NCBI RefSeq assembly: GCF_018350175.1
Contig: NC_058368.1
Location: 108,192,001 to 108,256,000, forward strand
Origin: Felis catus
Taxonomy: Eukaryota
Reading direction: 5' to 3'
DNA: 64,000 nt
A model generated the notes under the pieces. That model was not told the DNA's origin. It made no database searches and saw only the letters and a program-made list of their open reading frames with translations. The translations under genes and the position numbers were made by a program. Shown here piece after piece: positions 1 through 13,497 of the stretch; positions within the stretch are counted from its first letter, which is position 1; every line of letters starts with the position of its first letter.

Positions 1-1932
1 CTTATGAGCGTTCCCTTGTAGTATTTAGTTTTTTTGTTTGTTTTTATCTTGCTGCTTTTAACATTCTTTAACTGCTTGGACTTTGATTGTAGTGTGGGTG
101 CCTTTGGGATTCTATCTCCTTCCTGGATTTGGATGTCAGTTTCCTTTGTCAGGTTAGGGATGTTTTCAGCTATTTTCTTCAAATAAGTTTATAAATTTTC
201 TATCCCTTTCTCCTTGATTTCTCCTTTTTGGACCCTTATAATGCAAATATTAGTATGTTTGATGTTTTCTTAGTGGTCTCTTAAAGTATCTTCATTTTTC
301 AGATCACTTTTTTCCCCTCTTTTTGCTGTTTGGATTTGGTGTTACCACTATACTGTCTTCCAAATTGCTGATCTGTTTTTCTGAATAATTTGCTGATTCC
401 CTCTAGTGTATTTTAAATTTTAGTGGTTGTATTCTTCAGCTTACTTTTTTTTCAAGTATTTTCCTTGCTTTTAAGTTCTTACTGTGTTTGTCCATTCTTT
501 TCCTGAGCTTGATTAGCATTTTTAGGTAGTTACTTTGAACTCTTTATCTGGTAGATTGCTTATCTCTGTTTCATTTAGTTCATTTTCTGAAGGTTTGTCT
601 TGTTTCATTTGAAATCTATTCCCCCTGTCTCTTCATTTGCCTTAGCCTCTGCTTGTTTCTATTAGTTAGGTAGATCTGTTACAGCTCCTGGTCATTAAGT
701 AGTGTCTTTATGCAGAAGCTGGCCTGTTGGGCCCTGTAGTGCAAATTCCGCTGGTCACCTGAGGCATGTGCTCCAGGAATGTTCCGTGTGGTGTGCATTT
801 ACCCTCCTGTTGTGGATGGATTGATTGCAATGATGTGGACTTGTTGGTCTACGGGACTTTCCCCTCGTCTGGCTGTCTCTTGAGGTCTCGCCATCAACTG
901 CTGCATGCATGATGGTGAATAAGGCTGGCGTGCCGTTTTTGTGGCTGAGAAGCCCAATCAGGACTGTTGTAGGTGCACTGGTAAAGGGTCGGCCCACAGT
1001 GTGGCTAGATATCGGGCCATGCTGTGACAGCTGGGGTTTGCTGATGGCGAGGCATGTCTTTTGGGCAGCTTGCTATGAGGTAAGGTTGTGTTTGTTTTGG
1101 GAGTTTTAGTGTATGGGACTGCTCCCCCAGGGCAGAATGTTTAGGAGGGTCTCAGGGCCAGCCAAGGCTACTTGGCAGTTATGGTGGGAGTGAATGGGGT
1201 GCTGCTTGGGAGGGATTTCAAGTTACATGAGTGGGTTGGGTGAGGCAAGTACACAGGATAATGCTGGAGCAGGGTGAGTGGTGCTAGCATAGTATATGGA
1301 GAATGTCAGAAATGGTGCTTACAGGCCTGCTAAGTAGATGAGAGTAAGAAAACGGGCACCCATAAGCACTTCCCCAGAGAACATACCAACAGATTGCTAC
1401 CCATCTTTTACATGCCCTAGAATTAGTCAGTGGATTTCCTTCATATGTAACCCAGGCACTTTTCAGACTGTAGTTTCTGTGCTGGGACTCTGAGCCACTG
1501 AGGTTCAGTGTGCCTTTTAAGAGCAGAGTCTTGGTTTCCTACTCCCCTCTGGCTCTTTTGGATGTAAATCCCATTGGTTTTCAAAGCCAGACACCGTAGG
1601 TGTCTCTTTCCAGCATAGGCACCCTGGGATGTAGAGAACCATGTTTGGCTCAGACCTTCGTTCTTCAGAGATGGCTTTTATATTTGTGATATTCATCCTT
1701 TTTTGTGGGTCATTAACACTGGGGTGTGGGTCTTGACTAAACTGCCTCTCTGCTCCTCCTATTCTATCGTTGTGGCTTTTTTTTTTTTTTTTAAATATCC
1801 CAGTGTGTATGATCCATTCTGTTAGTCTTGAGTTTATTGTCGAAGATAGTTCTGTATATATTTGTAGATTTTGGTGTTTCCTTGAATGAATGTGAGGTCA
1901 GGATCTTCCTACTCCATTCTCTTGATCCCATT
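1..1932 (-). mobile_element. Old L1 (L1M-type) 5' end and ORF1-proximal region, continuing beyond the window start
   Basis: The reverse complement near 1895-1930 reads like an L1 5' terminus (..caagagaatggagtaggaagatcctgacctcac). Bases 1-700 are T-rich antisense ORF1-like sequence. Confidence 0.7.
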
Positions 1933-2644
1933 TTCTGAAGTTGGTTTCTGAGTTATCAGAGGGTTACTGATTACATGATTTGTGTAAAGAAATATTTTTA
2001 AAAGATGCCAAATGTGAGTGTACTTTTTAATTTCCTCACTGATAGAGTGCACTTAAAGTTGAATGAAGCAATGGAAGACTTCACTGATAATAAGTTACAA
2101 CAGGTATTTTATACTTTGTGTTTCAGTATTCTTTGTGTTGTCCCCAAATTGAATATTTTGACTGTGATCTTTGAGATTATCATACTGTAAGATCTGTTCT
2201 AAAATATTTCTTAGGTTTTTGTCTACATGTAAAGTCTCAACACTGTTCATAGAAATATATTAAATTTCATTTTAAGGGCTAGAGGATAAGAGGTGATAGA
2301 GAAGGATTTTTTCCTTATATTATTTTCTCTAGGCAACCAAAAAGGGCAATAGATTTTAACCACTGACTAGGATCCCACATAGATATATCTTTAACCTTTC
2401 ATACAAATTCCAACTTAATTTTTCTCTATTTTAGTAATAAACTAAATACATATACCTCATTCTTGTAAAGTTCATGTGTAAGGAAGGAGAATAGCAGATT
2501 TCAGTAATTTTTTTTTTAAGATATTTTGAGGATCATTTAAAATACAAAAAATGCTTTAACTTTTGGGAATGTAATTTCACTGTGTTTTAAAAAATAATTG
2601 TATAAATGCATTTAGGGTGTTTATAATAAGAAAGCTTAAAAAAA

Positions 2645-2849
2645 TTATTTTTTCGTTTTTATTGATTTTGAGAGAGAGGGAGAAAGAGCACGAGCAAGGG
2701 AGGGGCAGAGACAGAAGAAGAAACTCCTCAGAAGACTCTGCCCTGTCAGACAGAGCCCGACATGGGCTGGATCTCACAAACCTTGGGATCATGACCTGAG
2801 CCAAAATCAGTAGCCAGACGCTTAACTGACTGAGCCACCCAAGAGCCCC
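2645..2849 (-). mobile_element. Can-SINE
   Basis: Antisense SINE (tgagccacccaagagcccc); degenerate TSD taagaaagctt/taagaaaactt. Confidence 0.9.
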
Positions 2850-3058
2850 TTGTAAGAAAACTTTTTAAAAGATAAAGATAACAGCAAGTTTTGCCCTTTG
2901 ACAGCTTGAATTTTTGTATTATTTTATCAGGGCAGAACATTAAGTTTTAATGAACTTAATCTGCCTGTAAGAGGTTTTACTAAAGAGTTTAGTGATTTTT
3001 CTTTTGGAAAAATAGAAACCCATTCTGACTCCAGGCAGCATATTGCTTCTTTGTCCTC

Positions 3059-3272
3059 TTTTTTTTTTTTTTTTTAAGTTTGTTTATTTATTTTGACAGC
3101 CACAGAGACAGAGACAGCACAAGTGGGGGAGGGGCAGAGAGAGAGAGAGAATCTTAAGCAGGCTCCATGCTGCCAGTGCAGAGCCCAGCGTGGGGCTCTG
3201 TTCCACAAAGAAGCCATAAGATCATGACCTGAGCCTAAACCTGAGCTTAACCAATGAGTCTTCCAGGCGCCC
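3059..3272 (-). mobile_element. Can-SINE
   Basis: Poly-T, (GA) linker, ends ccaggcgccc. Confidence 0.9.
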
Positions 3273-5254
3273 TGCTTTTTTGTATTCTTAAGAACAAAAG
3301 ATACCATGTTTTGATTTCCAGTTGGTGGCATTGACTTAATTTTTTCTTTTTATTTCCTCTGTAAAATTAGAACAGAATTTCAGGATGGTATTTTCTAGAA
3401 TTTTTTTTTAAAAACCTATGGAAATAGGTCTGTGCGTTTGTAGATAAAAAATCTGTTCGGTAGGTGTGAGAACAGTTTTTTGTGTAAGTTTTATCTTAAT
3501 ACCAGAAGCAATAGTTCACTTACACAATATAAGGATTCCAGTGATTTTTACTTGTAATAAATATGATTTATCTTGATTGTTGTTCATTGTAATAAAGCTA
3601 ATGGTATATTTTTTGATACACCATTTATATAGGCCGTATTTTTCTACACTTGTTTCCTTTTCTTCTCTTTGTCTACCCTAGCCTTAGTAGTCATTAGCCT
3701 TAGCAACATCTTTTTGGAGACCTAAGCAACTGTTAATAGAATAAATTATGATAAGTTTGAGAGCTGTAAATAAATTCCTGTAGTCTGGTTAGTCTTTAGC
3801 AGTGGGCATACTTGTGTCACATGTGTTGTCATTCGTTTTTAACTTACTAATGATGAGAAATACATAAGTGAAATGTGATGTATATAGCTTTTTTGTTTGT
3901 GTTCATCAGCTCCATCTGGAACTTAAAAGATATTATGTACATATGTAATTCTTAGAAAATTTTTTTCTGTAGGTATTATTAGTCTCTAAGAAGAAAATCT
4001 GTGAATCATTTTAAGCTACAGAACAAACTGTATCTGGTGCTAGACCTTCTGTTGATACTGCCTGATGTTTGACTTGAGAAGAAACTTGATAACCTGATAA
4101 CATAAGTCAGCTCTTACTTTGTGCCAGATCAGATATTAGGCACTTTGTTAATACAATCTGATGTAAATTTTTATGGTAGTGTTGGGGTGGAGAAATTTAC
4201 AACAGCTAAGAGAACTCTTTAAGGAGTGTGACAGAGTTCTCTTATCCAAACAAATTAATCTTGTAGAAGTTTCTCCCAGGGAAAGAATCATTGACAGATG
4301 AGAATACCTCATTTATTTAGGGAAAGTATCAAGTTAACAAAAAGTTCTCAGGCAATTACCACAAAGCAAGTAGGAATCAAATGTAAAACCACCGTGATCT
4401 TTTCCTTCTGGGATGAATCTGGAACACAAAATCAAAGACTGGTCTCTGCCTTACCTAGTTCTACATCCAGATAAATGACCACAGTTTGTGTTCAGTTGAC
4501 TTTCACATCCTCAGGGGATTGATAGGAGATTCCATGCCTGACTAAGAAGCATGAATTACACATACTTCTCATTTTTCAGGCCTTTTAATTACCTCCCCTC
4601 AGCCTTTCTTTTGCAAAACAGACTTGGCACACAGTTCAGGCAGTAACTAGGTACTGAATGAGCATTCCCTTCTGAAAGTTTAAATCTCTGATACCAAGGT
4701 TTTCTATACCAAGAAGAGCAAACCTGACTAAATACAATTTATATATGAATGTATTTTTAAATAATTAGTAACTGATGAATTAAGTTAGAATTACTTAAAG
4801 TATATGCTGAGTATTCTTGATATTGTTAATCTTACTGTATGCCATAGACATACAAATTATATATACATTTATATTTGCTTTTGTGGAAAATATGTCATTA
4901 CTGTCAAAGGGATTAATTTAATCGACTTAGGTAAGTTTTGTTTTTCTTTACTGCTCCTACTTTATTCTCTCTGTTAAATATAAATGATAATAAATAGACT
5001 CATTTTTTTTTTGTTTTTTTTATTTTTGACCCATGTGTTTTTTTATGTGTGCTACTCCCATCTAAGAAGGGAGACTGACTAGAAAAGTTTTTCCACCTGC
5101 CTAGGTAAGCATCAAGGAAGCTTATCTCTGCTCAGTTCTCTGGGTGAAGAGAAAAAAAATGATGTAATAATGATGACGATAATGGTAACAGTAAAAACAG
5201 TACCGTTTGGTTGGTTGGTTGGTTATTTATTTATTTAAACTTGTTTGCCACCCT

Positions 5255-5455
5255 CTGTACTTAGCAACTTTACTCATCTAACCCTCACATAAACCTTTGA
5301 GGTAGATAAAATTATAAACTCCATTTTACAGAACAGGAAACTGAGACACATACACAAGTCCAAGATCTTACGGCTAGTAGGTAGAGGAATTCAGGATTGG
5401 AACTTAGGCTGTCTAGTTTCAGAGCCTTAAGTTGTAAACCTCTACACCATACTGT
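5255..5455 (-). mobile_element. MIR (others at ~6455-6600, ~34040-34230, ~54690-54900)
   Basis: Core ccattttacagaacaggaaactgagacaca. Confidence 0.7.
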
Positions 5456-5639
5456 CTTTCCAAGCTTGTACCTCCATATGAATGCATAGTAGCCTTGTGG
5501 TATGAGAATTCCAAGTGAAGGATCTAAAGTTTATACTTGATTTTGTGAACTTGGCCTTGTGGGTATCTAAGCGTTAGTAAATGTAGCTGCTGTGTAGGGA
5601 TTCTTCCTCATTCAAGGAGCATGGGACTTTGACCAGAAA

Positions 5640-7500
5640 AACAACCTCCCAGTGATGATAAACTCATAATATAATTACAAGGAAGTAGTCCAACATGAGG
5701 GAGAGTTAGCAGACAACATAAGAAGGCTAGTTAGAAGACTAGGAACTGATTTAGCAGATCAGAAAAACAATAGAAATCCAGTCTAAAGTGTCTAAATAAA
5801 CAACTAAGACACTGAAATAAGTGAATTTGCAAAACAACCACGTAGGATTTGTTGAAATAAAAATTTTGATGATTGAATTAAAAGTCAAAGTTGGGGGAAA
5901 ATATTAAGAGTGAAAATTAAATAGCAGTTGAGAAACAGGTGGAAGAATCTTAAATAATTAGAAATGAACCTGAAACTAGAGATTCTATGAAACTGGAGCC
6001 AAATAGACAATCTTCAAAGCATCCATAGGGAAAAGGCACATTTACATTGAAAGGACCAAAAGTCAGATTAACTGTGAACAAGCACTGTCAACCAAGAATT
6101 TTATACTTAGCTGGTAAACTGTCATGCAAGAATAAGGGCATAATATAGAAACTGTGTTATCAATGTATCTGAATGAAGGATTGATGGGAGATTTCTGTTT
6201 TGATAACTCTTCTGTAAGTAAATTGTTTTAAAGTTAAAAATTTTAAATGCCACCTCTCCCACAATTTTAGAGAAACAACTGGAAGCTTACCACTTGCAGA
6301 TAATCATTAAAAGCATGTATTATTAAAAAAAACCTCTTAAGTCTATACTTTATGAAGATCGAAATTCAACTTTAAAGGAAGGATTGAGAAGCAAGATAGA
6401 GTGGCTATCAAAGAAATGGATAAATGTTGATAACTATGGATCATCATCATCATTCTGTACTTACATGTGCCATGTATAAGTATTTTGTTTACTTCACACA
6501 ACAGCCCGATGGTGTGAGTACTTAACATTTTCTGAACTGAAGGATACCATTGTTTTTGAAAGAGCTCATTCAGTCCTCGGCACATTGGGTGAAAAAGGAC
6601 AAAACCAAGTTATGTGTTTTAAATTTGAGAATTCTGAGTAAAGAGAAAATCTTTAAACCTTTGAGTAAACTGAAAACTTTTCACCTAGAAAGTAAAGAAA
6701 ATTAGAATATCACCAGACCTCTTAGCAACTCTGGAAATAGAAGAGAGTGAAACAGTGCCTCTAAAATCCTGTACTCAACCAAATGCTCAGTCAAATGTTA
6801 AATGCAAGGATTTAAAACATTTTCCTTCCTATATACCCTTTCTTCAGAAGCTACTGGACTGTGGAAGGTGTGAGTAAATCAACTGTTTTCACATACAAAA
6901 AGGTGATGGAGTATGTGATTTTATAAATAAGCTGAGGAAAATGAAGAAAAAGTAATACGTAATTACTAGAAACAGGAAAGGAACTGAGGGAACGTGCCTA
7001 GAGAGCAGCTAGTCAGAGATGAAGCAAGAAGCTAGGTTTTGTGAAGAAACCAAAAAAAATTGAATTTGTACATCTGTGCATATGGTTACATTTTTGGAAA
7101 TTACAGCTCTAATTAAAATATTTTACAGTTCTGATACATGTGCATGGAAAAACTAAGCAAATAAAAAAGATGAGCACTTATTAACCTCAGGGAAAACAAA
7201 AGATGATTGAAGAAGGGATAGCTGATTTTAATGTTATTTGTTTTTGCAGTAGACTTATAATAACAGAAACATTGAATATTGATTCAACCAAAAATTGTAA
7301 TTATCTAGTGGTAATGATGACAGTGATATGGAGTTTGAAGGTGGGAGATAATGTGGTAAGAAAAGACCTATTCTCATCTGTTTTAAGAGAAAGTTTATCA
7401 AAAAATCAGCAACTCAACAGGTAGCAATAAACATATTCATAATTAAAAATACTAGACGAAACATGTTGGTAAATTAAAAATTACTACCACCAGGAGATGA
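5640..7500 (+). mobile_element. Highly decayed L1 ORF1/HAL1-like fragments, interrupted by a MIR
   Basis: ORF1 C-terminal-like motifs (aaaattagaatatcaccagacctcttagcaactctggaa; caaccaagaattttatacttagc) in A-rich + strand sequence. Confidence 0.55.
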
Positions 7501-7569
7501 AGAGGTTTTTTCTTTTTGTTTTTTGTGTTTTTATTTTTTAGAGATTTCTGATTTTTAATAGCTTTTTAT

Positions 7570-7919
7570 TACTTTATTTTTATTTTTTTTATTTTATTTT
7601 TTAAGTTTAATTATTTTGAGAGAGAGAGAGCACATGTGGGAGCCAAATGGAAAGACAATCTTTAAAGCATCCATAGGGAAAAAACACATTTACATTCAAA
7701 GGACCAAAAGTGAGATTAACCATGAACTTCTTATCAGCAACAATAGAGGTCGGAATAGTATCTGCGTGTGTGTATGTGCGAGAGAGAATACCAAGCAGTA
7801 TATGTCTGTACCATCAGCGCAGAGCCTGATGCAGGGCTCAGACTCAAAAACCATAAGATTATGACCTCAGCTGAAATCAAGATTCAGATGCTTAACCGAC
7901 GGAGCCACCCAGGTGCCCC
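7570..7919 (-). mobile_element. Can-SINE with an internal ~125-bp non-SINE insertion
   Basis: Tail at 7570-7637 and body at 7763-7919 are separated by a copy of local sequence (see findings). Confidence 0.88.
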
Positions 7920-8999
7920 ATTACTTGACTTTTAAAAATCGATGTGCTTGTATTATTTGAGTGACAGAGATTTGTTAAAATGTAAGAAAGCATTGTACAA
8001 GTGTGGATTTATTCCAAGAACTTCTGGTAGTAGGATAGAACTCCAGTGTGTGTCCTGGTAAACAGTAGGTGATGGTACGACCCACCAAGAAAGGTAACAT
8101 AAAAACAAGTATGAGGGAAAGGACAATGAATTCAGTTTTTGATACTGTGTTTCAGGTAAGTAGGAGACTAAATGAGATGTTCATTTGCAGGTGTATATAA
8201 ATGTCTGCCTGGACTTAGATGAAAAGTTCAGAGTGATAAGAGAGGTTTCAATCCATCAACTAATACATTGAGAGGCTATGTGTCACATAATTGTTACTTC
8301 TAATCGAGGCAGCTAAAGAAATGTTTAAGGGGAGGGAATAATAAAATGGGAATGGGAGAAAGAAAAAGGGAGGGAGAGAAACCAAAAAATGGAAAGAAGA
8401 AAAGTAGCAAGAAAAGAAAAGGAGGAAAATTATTAAAGGGAGGAAAAGGTAAACGTAGCAGTCATTCTCATACAAGGGGGAGAAGAAGTGTGGGGAGTAG
8501 AACATGAGAGAGTGGTGTCCATGAATATTACTTTCTTCTGTGTTTGTATTGTAAACCCTTGCATGCTTGAGCCAGAAAAATCTCTACTATATCCCTAAAC
8601 ATAATGATATGTTTATGTTTGGTGTCAAATACTTGGTTTTAATTCAGAGAGAAAAAGGAAGATGTGAGGGGAATAAAGCCTGAGTATATTATGAAAATGT
8701 TACCTTATGAAACTTATAAAATGTCAATGATTAATGACCAAGTCAGTTTATAAAAGTAAACCTAACCAGTGCTGTATGGGATGATAGGTTTGTAATAGAA
8801 TAATGGTTTATAATGGGATAGGGAATGACTTTTCAAGTAAAATAAACCCCCTAATCCAGGATGAAAATTGACATTTGACTACATTAGATTTTAAAGCTTT
8901 CATATTAAAAGTATAAACAATGTTGAGGAGCAAACTGATGCAAAAACAAACAAACAAACATGTAAAGCCTCTACATTCAAAACTACAAAGTCAGTTAAT

Positions 9000-10630
9000 T
9001 CAATTGGATATGCCATGTTAATGGATCAGAACACACAATATTATTAAGATGTGATTTTCTGTTTTGTAATTGTTAGAAAAATTTAATCTCAGAATGTAGG
9101 ACACTTTTTGTAAAAATTGACAAACTGATTCTAAATGTGTATGGAAATGCAAAGAACTTAGCCCAAAAACATAAGTTATAAAATTGTTAAGTCAGACTTC
9201 ATGAAATTAAAAAACATACTTAAAAGATGTCACTAAAAAAAAAAAAAGTCCAGGAAGAAATATTCACAGTATATATTTTGGACAGTCGAGTTGATCTAGA
9301 ATATATAAAGAACACAACAGAATAAGACAACTAAATTTAAAAATGAGCAAAAGATCTGAACAAATATGGCCAAAGAAGACATATGAATGGCCAACAAGCT
9401 TATGAAAAGACTACCATTAGTTATCAGGAAAGTGCAAAATAAAACCGCAGTAAGATACTACTTCATACCCACTAGAATGACCAACAGTGAAGACTGTCAG
9501 TACAAATAGTTGCAAGATTGTGGAACAGCAGGGCCTCTCATTCTTGCTGGCACAGGTGCAGATGGTATAATGGATTTGGAAAATTGGTCAGTAGTTTCTT
9601 ACCAAGTTAAAATTAAACTTCGAGTAAGATCCAGCAATTCCATTCCTAACTGTAGACTCTGGAGGGATAAAAACGTCTGTCTATACAAACACTTGTACAC
9701 ACAAGTTTGTAATAGCCTTATGTTTAATAACCAAAAAGCTGGAAAAGAGTAGTAACCATCAACGGATGAATAAACAAATTGTACTGTATCTGTACAGTTA
9801 AATCTATTTAGAAAAAAGTAGAGGTTGGGATGCAAGCTGGTGCGGTCACTCTGGAAAACAGTATGAAGTTTCCTCAAAAAACTAAAAATAGAACTACCCT
9901 ACGACCCAGCAGTTGCACTACTAGGTATTTATCCAAGGGATACAGGTATGCTGTTTTGAAGGGACAGATGTACCCCAAAGTTTATAGCAGCACTACCAAC
10001 AATAGCCAAAGTATGGAAAGAGTCCAAATGTCCATTGATGGATGAATGGATAAAGATGTGGTGTATATATACAATGGAATATTACTCACCAATCAAAAAG
10101 AATGAAATCTTGGCATTTGCAACTATGTGGATGGAACTGGAGGGTATTATGCTACGTGAAATTATTCAGTCAGAGAAAGACAAATATCATTTGACTTCAC
10201 TTATGTGAGGACTTTAAGAGACAAAATAGATGAACATAAGGGAAGGGAAACAAAAATAATATAAAAACGCAGAGGGGAACAAAACGGAAGAGACTGATAA
10301 ATATGGAGAACAAAGTGTTGCTGGAGGGAGTGTGGGAGGGGGGATGGGCTAAGTGGGTAAGGGGCACTAAGGAATCTACTCCTGAAATCACTGTTGCACT
10401 ATGTGCTAATTTGGATGTGAATTTAAAAAATAATAATAAAATTTTAAAAATAAAAAAATTAATAAAAATGTAAAAATCATTAAAGAATAAACAAACATTA
10501 AAGTAAATATAAAAATTAAAATAAAAATAGAAGCAACATAAGTAAATCTCAAAAAAATGCTAAATGAAAGAAGTCAGCTATTTTTTTGTAAAGAGCACAT
10601 ACTGTGTGATTACATTTATATGAAGCTGCA
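9000..10630 (+). mobile_element. Old L1 3' ORF2/3'UTR fragment, hosting a younger L1 insertion
   Basis: Decayed ORF2 3' motifs (aaattgacaaactgattctaaa, gatccagcaattccattcct, ccatcaacggatgaataaacaaa). Resumes after 10530 (aatctcaaaaaaatgctaaatgaaagaagtcag). Confidence 0.75.
9824..10525 (+). mobile_element. 5'-truncated carnivore/felid L1 3' end nested in the older L1
   Basis: Well-preserved ORF2 end (agaactaccctacgacccagcagttgcactactagg), a 3'UTR different from that of the full-length L1, and a long A/T-rich tail at ~10425-10525. Confidence 0.85.
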
Positions 10631-11446
10631 GGAAGACTAACGTAGAATTAGTCATTTCAAATGTACGAAAAAATTACCCCATTTATTTTAGTAGTTACAG
10701 AAACCTGATTAGCCACAGAAAAGTAGATCTGTGATAAGTAGGTAGTTTTTCAAAAGGATTTTGTACCACAGGTCAGTATTAAAGAACCATTTTACTCAGA
10801 TTGGGACAGATTTAGTGCTGGTGTAGCTGTGAATAAGCTTTATTGATAATTTGTGCTTTTGCTTGGTTGATTAATAGTGTTTGCATTTTTGGCAAAAACT
10901 TCTTTGGCATTTGACAGAACCAGAGACTTCATCCCCTGCCCCAACCCCAGTATGTTCACCATGTCCTTCAAAGTCTGCAGCAAGGATGTTCATTTTTGCT
11001 TGATTCTATGTTTTGCTTTTCCATTCCTGATCTTTATCATTCTACTATGATCAAGTGGACATTGTTAGGATTTGCTTCTTTTAGTTGCATTTCATTTAAA
11101 TTGTTACTTAAAAATATATAGAGAATTGCATAGAACTTATATGTATTCTTTAATGAATAATTATAAACCAAGTATATCAGCCAGATCAAGAGGTAGAATA
11201 TTGCCAGCATGCCAGGAGCCTTTTATGCATGGGCTTATTCTCAATCCCTGCCCTCAACTTTAGAGATAACTACTCTCCTGACATTTATTACAATAATTTC
11301 CTTGCTTTCCTTTTACCAATGTGTGTATCACTAAACAAAATAGCTTAGTTTAACTTGTTTGAAATTCATGTAAATGAAACCATTCCATGTATATTATTTT
11401 GTACCTTGCTGCTTTCCCTCAAAAACATGTCAGTGAAAATTATCCA

Positions 11447-11654
11447 GGGGTGCCGTGGTGGCTCAGTCTGTTGGGCATCCAACTTCGGTTCAGGTCATGA
11501 TCTCATGGTCTGTGAGTTCGAGCCTCATGTTGGGCTCTGTGCTGACAGCTCGGAGCCTGGAGCCTGCTTCAGATTCTGTGTCTTCCTCTCTCTCTCTGCC
11601 CCTCCCCCACTCATACTCTGTCTCTTAAAAATAAATGAACATTAAAAAATTTTT
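11447..11654 (+). mobile_element. Can-SINE immediately 5' of the full-length L1
   Basis: ggggtgccgtggtggctcagtc...gagttcgagcc, (CT) linker and aaaataaa tail. Confidence 0.92.
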
Positions 11655-12555
11655 AAAAATAATCTACAGACATATAATTGGGAGAAGATGGCGGTGTAGG
11701 AGGACGCTGGGCTCACCGCGCCCTGCTGATCACTTAGATTCCACCTACACCTGCCTAAATAACCCAGAAAACCACCAGAAGACTAGCAGAACGGATTCTC
11801 CGGAGCCAAGTGCAGACGAGAGGCCCACGGAAGAGGGTAGGAAGGGCGGAGAGGCGGTGCGTGCTCCATGGACTGGCGGAAGGGAGCCGGGGCAGAGGGG
11901 TGGCCCACCCGCCAAGCAGAACCCCCAAGTCTGGCTGGCCAAACTGGGAGGGGTCGGATGGAGTGTGTTTGGACAGCAAGTGGGACTTAACATCTGGAAG
12001 GTTATAAGTTAACAGCTCTACTCGGAGAGCAGGAAGGCTGTAGGACAACGGGAGGGAGAGTTGTTGAGCCCCAGGACGACGGAGCTCACTTTGGCGGGGA
12101 ACAGAGGCGCTCGCCAGCGCCATCTCCCTTGCCCATCCCCCAGCCAAAATCACAAAGGGAACTAGTTCCAGCCAGGGAACTTGCTTGCACCGCACATACA
12201 CCCAACGCTGTGCTTCTGCGGATGATCCCTCCAGCGGGTCTGACTCTCTCCTGGTGCCACAGGGCCCATCCCGAAGCGGATTACCAAAGGAGTAGCGAGC
12301 TGAGTCTGCCCCTCCCGCCCCCGTGCACCTTGCCTATCCACCCCAGCTAATACGCCAGATCCCCAGCACCACAAGCCTGGCAGTGTGCAAGTAGCCCAGA
12401 CAGGCCACACCACCCCACAGTGAATCCCGCCCCTAGGAGAGGGGAAGAGAAGGTACACACCAGTCTGACTGTGGCCCCACCCACCAACGCGAGTTATTCA
12501 AGACAGCACAAGGGAAGCGCCCTGAGGTTCCGCACCACTCCAGGGACTATCCAAA

Positions 12556-13447
12556 ATGACCAAACAGGAGTATTCCCCTCAAAAGAATCTCCAGGAAATA
12601 ACAACAGTTAACGAACTGATCAAAAAGGATTTAAACGATATAACAAGGTGAATTTAGAATAATAGTCATAAAATTAATCGCTGGGCTTGAAAACAGTATA
12701 GAGGACAGCAGAGAATCTCTTGCTACAGAGATCAAGGGACTAAGGAATAGACAGGAGGAGCTAAAAAATGCTATAAATGAGCTGCAAAGTAAAATGGAAA
12801 CGACCATGGCTCGGATTGAAGAGGCAGAGGAGAGAATAGGTGAACTAGAAGATAAAATTACGGAAAAAGAGGAGGCTGAGAAAAAGAGACATAAAATAAT
12901 CCAGGAGTATGAGGGGAAAATTAGAGAACTAAGTGATGCACTAAAGAGAAATAATCTATGCATGATTGGTATTCCAGAGGAGGAGGAGAGAGGGAAAGGT
13001 GCCGAAGGTGTACTTGAAGAAATCATAGCTGAGAACTTCCGTGATCTGGGGAATGAAAAAGGCATTGAAATCCAAGAGGCACAGAGAACTCCCTTCAGAC
13101 GTAACTTGCATCAATCTTCTGCATGACATATCATAGTGAAACTGGCAAAGTACAAGGATAAAGAGAAAATTCTGAGAGCAGCGAGGGATAAACGTGCCCT
13201 AACATATAAAGGGAGACCTATAAGACTCGTGACCGATCTCTCTACTGAAACTTGGCAGGCCAGAAAGGAATGGCAGGAGATCTTCAATGTGATGAACAGA
13301 AAAAATATACAGCCGAGAATCCTTTATCCAGCAAGTCTGTCATTCAGAATAGAAGGAGAGATAAAGGTCTTCGCAAACAAACAAAAACTGAAGGAATTCG
13401 TCACCACTAAACCAGCCCTACAAGAGATCCTAAGGGGGATCCTGTGA
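12556..13447 (+). pseudogene. L1 ORF1p (coiled-coil, RRM, CTD), disrupted
   Basis: ATG at 12556. Fragments METTMARIEEAEERIGELEDK... and ...QPRILYPASLSFRIEGEIKVF...LQEILRGIL*. Small indels near the start and an in-frame TGA at 13124-13126 (probably a decayed CGA). Confidence 0.93.
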
Positions 13448-13497
13448 GACAAAGTACCAGAGACATCGCTACAAGCATAAAACATACAGACATCACA

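Noticed and set aside
3973..4103. Possible 5'UTR exon (ttttttctgtag|GTATT...)
   Set aside because: The acceptor is plausible but I found no convincing donor or independent support. The same applies to AG sites near 10917, 37240 and 46935.
8260..8505. 81-aa hydrophobic ORF on the minus strand
   Set aside because: Arises from a purine-rich low-complexity tract, not a membrane protein.
11755..12201. 148-aa antisense ORF in the L1 5'UTR (ORF0-like?)
   Set aside because: The track start is GTG, not ATG. GC-rich sequence has few stops, there is no recognisable homology, and ORF0 is described for primate L1.
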